64,000 nt of DNA. Origin: Octopus vulgaris. Lineage: Eukaryota. Position 1 is the stretch's first letter. Each line of letters opens with the position of its first letter. The stretch is taken from the NCBI GenBank assembly GCA_951406725.2, contig OX597833.1:29202001-29266000 (forward strand), in the 5' to 3' direction. Of this stretch, positions 24,901 through 38,490 are shown piece by piece. A program made the position numbers and the translations under genes. The notes below the pieces were generated by a model. That model saw only the letters and a list, made by a program, of their open reading frames with translations, ran no database searches and was not told the origin of the DNA.

Positions 24901-25578
24901 CATAATCTCATGGCATATGCCAGGGGCATAACCAGCCCACTTATGCGTACCTTTTCCTCCTTTGGACACTAAAACTCTGCTTGCGAAGACCTGTTGAGGC
25001 AAGTGAAATCAATCAACCAATCAAAAGCAAAATCAAATTCGATGACTGGCGTCCATGCTAGCAGGGTGCAAAGATCACCATACGAGCGTGATTATTGACA
25101 GAGCGGCTAATCGACGTCCGTGGCAGTGGCACTTAAAGGGCACCATTCGAGCGTGATCGTTACCAGCGTCACCTTACTGGCACTTGTACCCGTGCTAGTA
25201 GGGTGCCAAGAGCACTATCTGAGCGTGATCGTTGCCAGAGCAGCCAACTGGCTTCCGTGCCAGTGAGCACTTAACAGGGCACCATTTGAGCGTGATCGTT
25301 ACCAAAGTCACCTTCTGGCACCTATGCTGGTGGCATGTATAGAAGGATTTGAGCGAGGTCGTTGCCAGTACCGCCTGACTGGTCCCCGTGCCGGTGGCAT
25401 GTAAAAAGCACCCACTACACTCTCGGAGTGGTTGGCGTTAGGAAGGGCATCCAGCTGTAGAAACTCTGCCAAATCAAGACTGGAGCCTGGTGCAGCCATC
25501 TGGTTCGCCAGCCCTCACTCAAAATCGTCCAACCCATACTGGCATGGAAAGCGGATATTAAACGATGATGATGATGAT
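21996..25578 (+). mobile_element. RTE-clade LINE, nearly full ORF (APE + RT with PHD-like insert), disrupted by stops and frameshifts; 3' UTR with tandem units and (GAT)n tail
   Basis: DMCCIQEV, GVGILL, VAGDFNGHVG, SQIDYIL, GKAPGPSGI, FVDMEKAFD, GVHQGSVLSPLLF, LYADD, FHYLG, RRLRWYGHV; tail ttaaacgatgatgatg; possible short TSD gagaca. Confidence 0.92.
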
Positions 25579-25989
25579 GAGACATTTACATTTTATATCA
25601 TTTCTGTGAATTGAAACGATCAGTAAGATTATTTTCTTCTTGATCAATTCGATTGTTATCTTTTATCTTTCATAGATCTTCTACATGATTACTTTGTTAG
25701 TTTACCACTTTGGCCATCAGTGATTAACATCTTTCTCACATACTCATAATCACACACCCATATCATCATCGTTATTAATTTAACATCCACTTTCCATGCT
25801 TGCAGGAATCAAATGAATGCCCTCCCTGCCACCAACCCTCACCTGTATCCAAGCATGTTTTCGCAGAATATTGGAAATGAATGACACTGCTATTATGACA
25901 GTCAAACTCCTTTACAATTATCACACAATGTCAAAACAAGGCAACACTAACATACTCACAACCACCTCTCCACACACACACACATACAC

Positions 25990-26130
25990 AGGTGCAGTGT
26001 GGTTAAGGTGTGAAACCACATTGTTTCATGTTCAGCTTCCGTTGTGTTGCAACTGGGGCAAGTATCTTCCACTATAGTCTTGGGTTGACCAAAGCCTTGT
26101 AAAGGGAAACTGAAACAAACCCATTGTATA
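25990..26130 (+). mobile_element. Degraded tRNA-derived SINE
   Basis: gtgtggttaag...aaccacat...ggggcaagtatcttccactatag...tgaccaaagccttgt; a related inverted copy lies near 29480-29620. Confidence 0.5.
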
Positions 26131-26189
26131 CATATGTGTGTGTGTATATTTGTCCCCTTTTCTTGGTGTAGTGTGATATTGTGAATTAG

Positions 26190-26700
26190 TGTAAAAGAGA
26201 TGGTTGCTAGAGTAGGAACAGTTTGGAGAAAGTTCAAGGAATTACTGCCATGGCTGACAACAAATATTTTTTCCCACAGAGTGAAGGGCAGATTATATGA
26301 TGTTTCTGTCAGAAATGCATTGCTGTGTAGTAGTGAGACATGGGCCTTGAATGTAGAGGAGTTGAAAAGACTGGAAAAAAATGAAGCAAGCATGTGTTGT
26401 TGAATGTGCAATATGTGTGCATCAATGACAAAGCACAAGTGTGTTGAGAAAAAAGCTAGGTATAAGAAGAATTAGTTGTAGTGTGCACTGGCATGGGCAT
26501 GTGTTGCATATGGATGGGAACAGCTATATAAAGAAGTGCCAGTAGCTTAAAATAGATGGAACTTGTGAAGGAGAGAAACTCAGTAAAAGATGAGATGAAG
26601 TAGCAAAGGCTAATCTCTGGGAGTTGAACTATTGGAGGTGATAACAAAGGTGCAAGCTGATTGGCAATATTTAGTAGTTTTTAAGAAGACCTGCACACCT
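26190..26700 (+). mobile_element. Old RTE LINE C-terminal fragment
   Basis: VARVGTVWRKFKELLPWL...VKGRLYDVSVRNALLCSSETWAL. Confidence 0.75.
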
Positions 26701-26788
26701 CTGGTATAGGTGTGTTTGTGTGTGTGTATAAGTGGCAGTGAATTATTTCCTTTTTGGTTTTTGAATTGCGTCTTCTTGCCATTTTCTC

Positions 26789-26840
<52 letters not shown>

Positions 26841-26841
26841 A

Positions 26842-28108
26842 CTAGCTGAGGTACCCGGTAATACCCAGGAGTGGAGATATTTCCAGTACCCATTCCAATG
26901 CCTAATTTCTCTCAGGCGAAAAATGAAATCAAGACATATGACAGATAATAGAAGGCATAAGCAAATTCATTCATGAAACAATAATACAAATAAATACACG
27001 TGGAATCAGAAAATGACAATCGTTTGGTCAGATGAGTGGAAAACTGCAAATATATATTCAATGGAAACATCAAGATGGGAATTGTAAAGGAGTGCTGTGA
27101 AAAAAAAAAGAACATAAAAGTTTAAAAAGTAAACAAAAAAATATTTAGAGCAAACAGATTTTATACTTACAAAAATGGCTGGAGTACAAAAGTGACAATG
27201 TGGCAGTCATAAGAGTCATAAGATGCTATGAGGAGGGAAAAGAAGCATACAAAAATGACAAGTTTCATCATTTTGGAGCAAATTCTCTTGCAACCTGAGA
27301 GAAAATTTTAAGTGCACATGCACTTAATTTGATGACTGTGTTTCATGGGTATAGTTCCACTGATCGTGAGGATCAAATATTGATTACAACAGTTAGAACC
27401 AACAATTTTAAGTGCAGGTGTTAAGTAAAGACATGTTACATGTTTTTGCACACAATGCTGCAACATTCAGATTCAATAATTGTAAGTTCTGGTGTTAAGA
27501 AAATACATGTTTAGCAACCCAAGAATGCTGAAATAATTGAACATTTTAACTCCACAACAATCTAGGCCAAATTTTGTTAACCAAAAATCAGTTAATCAAA
27601 AGCCTCATGATAGCAAGGGAGAATGGGCACCAGCCAGCCCAAAGGTTAGGATGGGCTGCACCTGCCTGCCTCAGTTACTATGGCAGGTAGATCTGGCCAC
27701 CCCTGTTAATGGGGACAAAACCCAGATTTAAAACACTGGATGACGATGATCTTATGCTTTGCTTGAGTAGCCTAAGTAAAAATTTATTCGTCTCAACCTA
27801 TCCATAGCGCATATTCCATTTGCGTATAAAATTTCAAAAAAATTGGTTGAAAACTTTAAAGTTATGGCAGAAAATAACATTCATATGAGAATTTGTATTG
27901 AAATGTCCTATTGATTTTTGAAAAGTCGATGCTGATTAAAAATTATCAATTTGTTTTGAAATTCCAAGTATGTAAGTGACTTAAGCCCTACACATGTGTC
28001 AAGTTTCATTAAGATTGGTTGGATAGTCTCGGAGGAGTTAAAATAACAATTTCACAAACATATACACACAGCCACAAACAGGCAGAAATTACCATTTATA
28101 TATATATA
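26842..28108 (-). mobile_element. Non-autonomous Helitron (longer, divergent)
   Basis: Minus-strand 3' end cctggg-tatta-ccggg...CTAG|T at 26842; 5' region tatataaatggtaatttctgcctg and aaccaatcttaatgaaacttgacaca matches the other Helitron copies. Confidence 0.6.
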
Positions 28109-28114
28109 TCGTAG

Positions 28115-28493
28115 AGTGACCTGCTGTGCTTGAGGAGACCTATTGAGTCGAGTGCATAAACATCGAAAAAAATATCAAATGGAAATAGTAGTTGTGATAC
28201 CTGTGGCAGTGGCACATAAAAAGCACCATCCGAACGTGGCCGATGCCTTCTCTGGCTTCTGTGCCGGTGGCACGTAAAAAGCACCAACCGATCGGGGCCG
28301 CTGCCAGCCTCCACTGGCATGTAAAAAGCACCCACTACACTCATGGAGTGGTTGGTGTTAGGAAGGGCATCCAGCTGTAGAAACACTGCCAGATCAGACT
28401 GGAGCCTGGTGCAGCCTCCTGGCTTCCCAGACCCCAGTCGAACCGTCCAACCCGTGCTAGCACGGAAAGCAGACGTTAAATGATGATGATGAT
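28115..28493 (+). mobile_element. RTE 3' tail copy
   Basis: Three tggcacgtaaaaagcacc units, ggaagggcatccagctgtag, (gat)n tail. Confidence 0.85.
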
Positions 28494-28871
28494 ATATATG
28501 TATGTATGTAGGTATACATAGAACATTAACACATTTTACCTTCAGATATCTTTCTTGGTATGGTCTTTGACAATGGAAAATAAGTGCATAACTTAAATTC
28601 CAGTTATGATAATTTTTTTTTCTGTATCTAAGACTATGTATCCTGTTTATCTGGCAGTAGGCTGTAGTTAAATGGCTACTATTTCCTGAGTTGCTGCAAT
28701 TATTTTAAGATGGTAATCTGTTATTTGAGAAAGATTTGACTGCTATTTTATTGCATGTGAGGCAACCATGTAGATGGGTTTTTTTTCGTTGACTTGAGTC
28801 CTGTTTGTCTGTTTATATAACTTATAAATTCTTTAAAAAAATATTTTTACTATTTTTCATCTCTGAAACAG

Positions 28872-29059
28872 ATACACTGGCAATGAACAATGCTAAAATG
28901 AAACAACACTGGGAGCGCATAAAAGAGTGGAAAGAAAATGTTATAAATGCCAGTGAACATAACAAAACCTGTTTTGAAGAATCACAGAAAACTATCCAAG
29001 AATTAAAAATGCGGAACACTGAATTAACAGATGAGCTCAAAAGGGAAAGATCTTCACAG
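28872..29059 (+). CDS. OPTN: Optineurin/NEMO-family gene, coding exon 2 (N-terminal NEMO coiled-coil domain)
   Basis: Acceptor aaacag and donor cag|gtaaaa. The spliced peptide NDINNLRNTLAMNNAKMKQHWERIKEWKE...FEESQKTIQELKMRNTEL resembles the OPTN motif [28 protein letters not shown] and the NEMO N-terminal kinase-binding helix. Confidence 0.8.
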
Positions 29060-29719
29060 GTAAAATAGTTTTAAAAAATATTTATTAATTACAGGGATTT
29101 TAAAGTGACTGCTTTCATGTTTGTATTTCTTTGTAACCATGCAAAATAACTATCATATAACTGTCTTGAAGAGTTTTCCACCCTTCAGTTTTTGAAAATC
29201 TTTCTAATTCCTTAAAGCACTCCCCCTTTTCTCCTTAACACTTAAATTGTTTTTTGCATTTTTTGTGAACATCATTAAAAGTTGCAGGTTTGCAATGATC
29301 CAATAACTGATTCACTGAATTTCTGATGGCAAAAGTGACAAATCAGGCAAAGTAAATATCACAAGGTATTTTTATTTCAGTGCACAGATGAAATTGATTT
29401 TTTGCCAATGTGTATACCTTCTGCCAATATTCGCTAGAGAAAGTTAGCCTCCCCATATGCATATATTCATAATGAACTTCTGTATAGTTTATGTGAACAA
29501 AATTTCACACACAAGGCATTGGTTAACCTGAGGCTATGCTAAAGGATATATCCCCAATGTGATCCTGCACAGTGACATTGAACCTGGAAACATGTAGTTT
29601 TGAAACACATTTCTTAACCTTCTGCCAAGCCAGCTCCCGTCAAGCAGTCCAACCCATGCCAACATGGAAAGTTGATGTTAAATGATGACCACTATTGCTA
29701 TGTCCATTTTCTTTGTCCA

Positions 29720-31900
29720 GTCCTACATTTCTCATGCTATGGAAGACAATTTTGTTGGATTTTGGGTAGTTAGTCTTTCATCTGCTTAATGCTATAAAAA
29801 CTGCTGCTGTCTTATGTTTCGTGTTGTGATGGACATTCATTTAGGACCTTTCACAGTAGAATATCCTTGTGTTATTTCAGTGTGGTAACATCCACGAGAT
29901 CTAGATCCTTATGTTATTTTTTTTCTCAGGATATTAAAAAACTGTAATCCTTTAAACTATTGCAGTATCTGGTCCTAACTTGAGATTGAAAGGGTGCGAT
30001 ATCTGGCACTATATCATAGCATCCATTTCTAGAGGTGTCCATAAATCTCAATGCTAAAATGTGGTACCAGTCCTTCCATTATCTTCTATATGTATATATT
30101 GCATATTTCCCTTATTCAGTCCAAGTATCCCATCTGCTGAATAGACACAATCTCTTTTGTTGTAGTAGCATTAGATTGCTTAATTTCCACAGTTAGTGTG
30201 TTGAAGCCATAGTTGGTTCCATACAGCTAAGAACAAATATTTTCTACAAGACCAACATTGTTTCTTATTCTAAATGCTCTCAGAACTTCATCCTGCCAGT
30301 CATCTTCATTTTGATGTCATTTTAATAATAAATGCATTAAATAATGTACCATTACTCATTCTGATCCAAGATTACTTACTGATTGTGACAGCCAGATGCT
30401 CTTATTGAGAAGTACAAAAATTGTAAAATACTTGATTAAATGAATGCACAATGAATTCCTTGGTTATATGAAATTTTGTATGGTGGTGACAGGGAGAGAA
30501 ACATTCCAGCTTTATCAAGATACATGTGATGGAAGCTAAAAACTGAAGTGTGAAAGACTGAGATATTGAATGGCCAAGTTGTTGAGTGCTACCACAGCTT
30601 ATATAAATGGAAATTCGAGCAATGCCAACTCTATACAGTTGAAGAATATATCTTGATACAGATTATTTGATGTATTAAGCTTTAAAAAAAAATCTCAGAA
30701 ATTCTCCTGAAATGCAAACTCAACAATCTTTACCTGGCAAATGGTACCAGTGGGATGAAGGCCAACACATTCACTTGAAACACTAAATATTGATTATCAA
30801 AGAATCCATAAGCTGTTTTTAATGAAATGCTATCCAAAGAAGACTTGGGTAGCATGAGCAAATAAAATGACTGTAGGGTAGAGTTAGGTTCAAACAGGGC
30901 TAAGCAGGGGCTAAACAACACCAACAATTAAAACTACCATTTATGAGCAGTATCTGAGTGATGTTAATTTCCATTTCAGCTTCATGATTACAATTCCTCT
31001 TTAGTATTGTAGTGATACAATAGAAATTTTACTGTTGTGCTGATAGCTTTGAACATCACATCAGAAATAATTTTTGAGTAGTTACATGGTACACATTGTT
31101 AACATGAAGAGATAAGTGAAAATCAAAAGAGATTGTTGCAGTTATATAAAGACATACAATTTTATCCATCTGTTTTGATTAAACATATATTTAATTCCAT
31201 GAAATAAAGTTCCATGTTGAAACCAGAGCATTTGCCAGCTTAAAACAAGGATTGAATTGGCTAGTTTTGTCTTAAAAAACTTGTCATGGATCACTTACCT
31301 CTGCCATCTAAACTACTGCAATAAAGTAATAGAATTATATATAATAACTCTTACTTGGATTATGAATAAATATATGAAATTTTATTATCCTTAATAAACA
31401 TAAAGCTTTTGGCATCTTGGAATGAGAATAGTTTACCTTTGTGAAGAATTGGCTGCTATTTGAGTAAGTGTTTAAGACTTTGTAGAAACTATTTTGCTGT
31501 GTCATCTTTAAGACATAAAAATATTTGTGTAGATTGAAATATGTCAGGGTTGTAATTAGTGTCTTTAAGAGAGCTAGTTGTTTGATCATTGTATCAAATA
31601 TGTCTGGTACAAGTATACTGTGTGAGGTAAGCTCATAGACCCAAGTTATCTATACCTAAGTATTAGGTGTAGGGAATAGATTTAAGAAATTAATAAAAGG
31701 CTGAGATGCAAAAATCAGTTAAGGAACTGATTGCTATAAATGCCTTAATACATGATCGTTGGGGTTATGTTAAAAAAAATCATGTGTCAACACAAAATGT
31801 CATTGGTGGACAGAATTTAATGAAGGTAAGTTTGTATCAGTTGTACACAGTTCTGGGTGTATCACAATGAAGTTCACATTTTGACTCTTCTGATAATTAT
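29720..31900. mobile_element. Highly decayed LINE-like (probably RTE) debris
   Basis: Only scattered motifs, e.g. VFKTLVETIL-like sequence near 31470; boundaries are guesses. Confidence 0.3.
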
Positions 31901-33329
31901 TGTTTGAGCTTACTAATACTTTGGCTGACTAATCCTGTACTATTTTGGCTGTAAACTTTTCCCTTCATTTCACTGAAATCTGAATTAGTTATCCTTACTA
32001 AACTTGGTGGTGAAATACTGGAAAATGAATCATGCAAATAATGAATGATAGAGAATATGATAAAACCATTTGATCTTCTGTAGTGTAGTTTAGTAATCAG
32101 TCTGTTATAGATATATAAATAGAAGTTACTTCATCTGGTGATGTTAGTTGTTTAAGTTGAATTAGAAGTTAGTTATAAGACCGAGAGTGTAAAATTTGAT
32201 ATCAAGAAATCTGGTGAAGGTCTGTGTTGGTAACAGTTAGTGAATAAAATTTGGTTTATAGATTTATTGATTACATCCATTACATACACACTTGTGTACA
32301 TTATGGAAAATTATTTTAACCAGTTTCATATTGAATTAGTTGTACTTTGAAATGTTATTGTCATATTACAACAGAGATATACTAGTTTCCATTGGTGGAG
32401 GTTTATGTGTGGTTTCAGCTTTCTTGGCAGCCATTATTAGAATGCAAAAAGGGATATTCTGTTATGTCAGTGAGGGGTTTCAGGTGACTGTGTGTGTGTA
32501 TGTCTGAAACCAATCCACGCAACAACCTCTCTAGTACTTGTACCATGATAAAATTTATTCAGACCAGGCTTTAGTTGCAAAAAACATGACATACACAATA
32601 ACTAAGTTCACTGTCTTTTTATTTTCTTTTGTTCTGTGTGCCAAATGACAAAGGACTATGAGGAATGGTGAAGCTCTGTGAGATTTGTTCAGCTTGTGAC
32701 AGTATGGCTGAATGTAAAATATTGGTGATATGGATATCTTTGTGCATTTGTCTATCTATCTGTCTGTCCCACTATCTATCTGTCTATCTTTCTGTTTGGT
32801 TGTCTGTTTATCTGTCTGTATGTCCATCTATCTGTTGTGTTTGCCAGTCTATCCATTGGTCTGGCTGTCTATCTACCTGCCTACTTCTTGCCTTGGCTTT
32901 TATGAACGAAGAATAGAAACAAGAACATAAAAAACAAAGATAAATTTTGACAAACATTTTCTTATAATTGTGTTTATTTTAGCCTTTTTCTTTGGGTCCT
33001 CACACTTCAACATCTGACCCCCAGATTTGCTGTATCCTCTCTCTCTGTATTTTCTACTGCTACTACTGTGTTTTTTTCACCTCAGAGCCAACTGTCTCAT
33101 ACCACTCCCATTTAACTTATTTAATCCATATTGTGTCCACCTTTCATGCCTTGAACTATCGCAGCCTTCTGGAATTCCCTCCATGCACATAGTTTTTCCT
33201 CAGTCATCATCTTGAAACTGTTCAAGGAGATAATCATGACCACATTACTCTCACTGATCTTGAAGAGCCAGCAATGGCCGTTGCTATAACGCCTGGACCA
33301 AATCAAAAGTAATAATAAGAATAGGTGAA

Positions 33330-33522
33330 AGGCTTGAAATTTTAGGTGAAGGGATTAGTTTATTACATTGGCCCCAGTGCTCAACTGGTACTTACTTTAT
33401 TGACTCCAAAGCATGTAAGTCAAAGTCAATTTCAGCAGGATTTGAACTCAAAACAAAGTGTTGGAAGAAGTACAATTAAGCGTTTTGTTCAGCATGATAA
33501 TGATTCTGCCAGTTCATTGCCT
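33330..33522 (-). mobile_element. tRNA-like SINE copy
   Basis: ccccagtgctcaactggtactta...aaagtcaatttcagcaggatttgaactca...gattctgccagttc. Confidence 0.7.
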
Positions 33523-33560
33523 TAATACCCCCCTCCTCCTCCTCCTACTACTACTACTAA

Positions 33561-33930
33561 TGTGGATGTGCAATGGTCCAGTGGTTAGGGCAGTGGATTT
33601 GCGGCCGTAGGATCACGGTTTCAATTTCCAGACCAGGCATTGTGAGTGTTTATTGAGTGAAAACACCTAAAGCACCATGAGGCTCCAGCATGGGGTGGTG
33701 GCGAACCCTGATGTACTCTTTTACCACAACTTTCTCTCACTATTTCTTCCTGTTTCTGTTGTACCTGTCACGCCTTGTCACGCTTTGCGTCATGCTGAAT
33801 CTCCCTGAGAACTATGTTATGGGTACATGTGTCTGTGGAGTGCTCAGCCACTTGCACGTTAATTTCCCAAGCAGGCTGTTCCATTGATCAGATCAACTGG
33901 AACCCTTGTCATTGTAACCAACAGGGTGCC
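33561..33930 (+). mobile_element. tRNA-derived SINE
   Basis: A box tggtccagtgg, B box ggtttcaatttcc, flanked by (cta)n repeats. Confidence 0.7.
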
Positions 33931-35375
33931 ACTACTACTAATACTACTACCACTACTACTACTTTCAAAACTTATATTTTTATTTTGTTAATGTGACCAT
34001 TTACAAAGTATATTTTTAATAGGTGTTTCATGGGGCTTCTCTAGTTTTCCAAATGACTAACTTTACTTCACCTTATGATGTGACATTTTTACTCGTTTTT
34101 AACTTGTTTTCTGTTATTTACAAATTGAGCAGTGTGCGTTATTTTTAACACAATATTTAGAATGTTAATTTAATGGCATTCACCTATTCAGATCTTTAAT
34201 CATTCAGCAGCAGACGCTTATCAGAATGTCTTTGTAAATTAGGAAATACTTATGGTAGTATGACACTGCTGTTTTTAACTTGTTAATTGTTACAATGTAC
34301 ACTGTCAATACATTGTAGTAAGGTAAATCTATTTGCTTCCTTCAGACTCCCATAAAGCATACCAATGTCCACTCCTCTGTAGATGACTTGGTAGGAATAG
34401 CAGCATAATTTCTTTTGAATCATGCCATACCTTACAATTTTTTAAAAACGTAAAGGGCATTGGATAATATAATGATATTACTTCTGCTAGTAACAAAGGC
34501 ATTCATTCTAAGTGAGGGACAAAATGCATGATGCCTGTATAAGAAGTGTAGTGTTGTATGGTAGGGATGTGAACATGGAATGTAGAAGATGAGCATAGGT
34601 TGGAAAGAAATTAGGTGAGCCAGCTACATAGGATATGTAATGTTAGCATGCATTAATGGCAGATCTCAAACGAGTTGAAAGACAAAGTGGATTTAAAAGA
34701 AATCACTTGTAGTGTGCAAAAGAGAAGATCAATCTAGTGTGGACATGTAATACATATGTAGGATGGCAATTGGGTAAAAGAAGTGCTAAATCATCTAAAT
34801 AGAAAGAAGTTATGGAAGACCAAAGAAAACATGAAAAGAAGTAACGAATACTGATCTCAGAAGGCTGAACTTAGTAATGAAGATGATTAATGACTTACTA
34901 GTTGTTGGATGTTGTGCTGGAAACTCTATGTCCAACTCCTTTTGTCCATTTCTTCCATGGATAAAATATTGATTTCTGACATTGATGTAACAAATTTAGT
35001 GGGGTAGAGAGAAACAGCTTATTAAATCAGCCCCAGTACTTCACTGGTATTAATTTATGTTATCAGTCTTGGAAGGATGAAAGGTAAAGTTGACTTTGGC
35101 AAGATTTGAACTGAAAATGTAAAAGGGCTGTAACTAAATACGAGACACTTTTCTAATGCTCCAATGGTTATGTCAAACCTTAAATCTTTTTCAGATTAAA
35201 TATTTTAAAATCAAAGGAAAAAAAAGAAAGATGAGCATGCTAAATATGTGATATGTATTTAGAAACAATAGGTATTGGTTAAGGGTGATTTATTTGGGGT
35301 CAAGCAACTTTGTAGAACCTCCCTCAAACTGGTTTGCAATGGATGCTCCTTTTTATTGATTTGCTTCTTCTAAAG

Positions 35376-35600
35376 GTTACTGACCAAAGTTTCTGTATGT
35401 TTCTGAAGGTACATGAGAATAAAGAAACGCTGAGTACCAATGAGGATCGTGAAAGTTTTTGCCTGTCATCTGAAGTAGAATCTGTAAGAAATCAAAGCTT
35501 TCTTGAAGAAGAGAGAAACACCTCAGCAACATGTGAAAATTTTGAAGCTGAAAACAACAAACTAACCGAGGAGAACTTAAACTCTTATCAAAAGTATCAA
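35376..35600 (+). CDS. OPTN: Optineurin/NEMO-family gene, coding exon 3 (alternative in-frame acceptor at 35409)
   Basis: Acceptor ttgcttcttctaaag; acidic open frame VTDQSFCMFLKVHENKETL...NSYQKYQ; donor GTATGT at 35601; phase 0/0. Confidence 0.7.
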
Positions 35601-37199
35601 GTATGTTTCATTATTCTTTATTTGAATATTCAACTTTGAAATATTTTTTTTTCATAATTATCAATTGATTGGTCTTCATTTAAAATCTTATAATAATTCT
35701 GCTTGTCATTGCATTACTTAGCCCATCAATAATACTTCCACATGATTAGAGAAAAAAGGGAGGGTAAAAAAGAGAGAGAGAGAAGCATCCATGACATGAG
35801 GTAGAGGGAATGTAATTGTGATCCTTTCACATGATTAATTGAAGGGAAAATGAGGAGAAAGAAAAAGGAGAGAGAAAAAGAGGATAAGACAAAAAGTGAG
35901 ACAGAAAGAGGAAGAGAGAAGTGTCCATGACATGATGTAGGGGGAAACGTAATATTTATGATGTGATTAAAAAAGTTAGTGGAAGGTAGAAGAGGTGAGT
36001 TAAAAATATAATTTTAGCAGAGGGGTGATGTTCTGATGGTGAGGTTAAAGAAAGGCAGAGAGAGAGATGATGATGATGGTGGTGGTGGTGGTGGTTATTG
36101 GATAATGAAATGTGTATTTTTTTAAATTGAATTAAGTTTTTTATATCACCCATCACTTAACACATGCACATAAGTGCAGTTCCGTGAAATATTCACGCTT
36201 ATTTACGTGGCAGATATATGCAATTTAACTAAAGGTTGTATCATATGTACAGAATATTTTTTGTTTGTTTATGGGGAAAATGGAAAATTAAGAGTAAATA
36301 TTTATTTTATGAGTGTTGTATATTAAGTCTATAAAATTGTACAAAAAGTATATAAAGTGCATTAAGTAATCATCATATTCCAATTTCTTTCACTTTTCAA
36401 TGAGTAGTAGATGAGTGTCTATCTTTCCATACAGACACAACACAGGTTATGCTTTCAGGTTTTTTGGATAAACTTTTCAGAAATAACTCGTTTACCATTA
36501 ATTCTGTGAAATATTCACAGGTCCCACTAGTAACATACATATTAATAGTGTTTTGTGGCCCATTGAATTGTTAGACCATGTATCACTGCAAACTTCCTCA
36601 CATGTGAGAGAGGATAGACCAGAGTGATAGCTTTCTTTTTTATTTATTAATTTTTTTTGTGGTTTAATCAGGAGATAGTCGCTACCTATAACCCAAGATC
36701 TTGATATTCTCTAAGCAGTGACCTGAACTCAATGTTTACAACAAAGTGGACTCTGCTAAAAGTTTCTGTGGGTCAAATGGTGGTGTTATAGATTTCAATA
36801 CAACACTACCAGCTGTCAAAACATTCATCACTTATGCAATATATTTCTGAAGATCTCTATGTTAGCATGGTCCCTGTTAACACTAACTTCAGGCACAATG
36901 AAATGTCAGTAAAAAGGATAAAGGCTGTCAACATTTCTGGGTTCCTAAGCTTATCTGTTTGGTCAGCTGTGATTGACTGTTTGTCTGTTTGTCACTACTT
37001 ACCTATAGAAAATTGGGACTATTGCCAGTTTTCATGGTTTTTGTCTAGTCATATATCACATTCCATCTTATATTCAGATATAAGTGTGTATAGGCCTACA
37101 AGGAATTTGGACTGAATTTGTATAAAAGGAAAAGAAAACAATATCCCATTTACAAATAGAAGTATTTTAAAAAATCAAAAAAGTTAAATTCGATTATGG

Positions 37200-37790
37200 C
37201 TGGGAGATAGCAATATACTCAAAGTAGCCATCCTCAGCTTCTACCATGGCCTCAAGATAGCTGTGGAATCTGGGGCTTGCATTTCTCACTGTGTCTGGGA
37301 AGATCTTCAAACACCTCCTTCATCTTGGCCACCAGTTCGTCCTTGGTGTTGCAGGCTGAGCAGTTGATGCCTTTCTCAACTGCCTCCCCAATTGTAATCC
37401 ATGGGATAACAACTGAAAAAATTAGGAGGCTAGAAATAGGGGCTGATGAAGTCATAGAGATTCTCCAACAACCACTTCTAAATTCTTTCCAAAAGTATGG
37501 CAAAGAGCTGAATCCTGCTACCAAACATAAGGCCTTCTAGCAGTAACTCTCTCCAGCCAGGGTTTGACTACAGTCTCCAGCAGCTTCACATAACCATCTG
37601 AATTCAGCCTAAAGCCCAATTTTTAGATGAATTCTAGTGTGTGGCCACAGTCAGAATACCTGCTGTGTCCCTTCTTGCTGCTGCCCATGCTGTGTCTTAC
37701 AGGCTTTACAGTGTTCATTGAGCATTGAGCAGCAAGCATGATGTCAGTATTTTGATATCTTGCATGAATCATCATAATACAGGTAAACTT
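37200..37790 (-). mobile_element. Tc1/mariner-superfamily transposase remnant
   Basis: PWITIGEAVEKGINCSACNTKDELVAKMKEVFEDLP resembles the segment after SPDLNPLDY in Tc1-like transposases. Confidence 0.55.
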
Positions 37791-37879
37791 TGCCAATAAT
37801 CAGATGGCTTCTAGTCATCCTTGTCAGCTAACTTTTTCTCAACTGCAACTTTAATCTTTATGCTCTCCAATGTCATTGA

Positions 37880-38280
37880 GCGTTTTCTAATACATCAAAT
37901 CGGAATCGAAATTGAACCAATCCTATGACTGGCACCCGGCAGATGCCAGGACCCCTGGACTGGAGATACGTAAAAAGCACTATCCGAATCGTGGCCGATG
38001 TCAGTGCCGCCTCGACTGGCTTCCATGCAGGTGGCACGTAAAATGCACCAATCCGACCGTGGCCGATGCCAGCCTCGCCTGACACCTGTGCAGGTGGCAC
38101 GTAAAAAGCACCCACTACACTCCTGGAGTGGTTGGCATTAGGAAGGGCATCCAGCTGTAGAAACATTGCCAGATAAGACCGGAGCCTGGTGCAGCCTTCT
38201 GGCTTCCCAGATCCCCGGTCGAACCGTCCAACCCATGCTAGCATGGAGAACGGACGTTAAGCGATGATGATGATGATGAT
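37880..38280 (+). mobile_element. RTE 3' tail copy
   Basis: Repeated gtggcacgtaaaa units and (gat)n tail. Confidence 0.85.
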
Positions 38281-38490
38281 CAAGCTGTTCCTGAAAGAAT
38301 GAGACACCCAAAATATTGTCAAATTTAGCCTTAACATCCTGTACATTGTCAAATGCAACCATAATTTAAAAAAAAAGGTTTCATTTGAGGGACATTTGAC
38401 TTCCTCTATACTTAGCAGGTCAAACAACCATGGAGAGGCTCTTTTTTTTTTTGGCTCACTTTGCAAAGTTGTATGGCTTGAAGGATAATA

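Noticed and set aside
25040-25415. Repeat-spacer-like pattern resembling a CRISPR array
   Set aside because: Units are degenerate along their whole length, lie in a LINE 3' UTR in eukaryotic DNA, and there are no cas genes.
33561-33640. Possible tRNA genes here and at 43690-43765
   Set aside because: A and B boxes are present, but no intact cloverleaf is evident and each continues into a SINE body.
36172-36530. Possible small MITE (gtgaaatattcac near both ends)
   Set aside because: TIR match is short and partly self-palindromic, with no convincing TSD.
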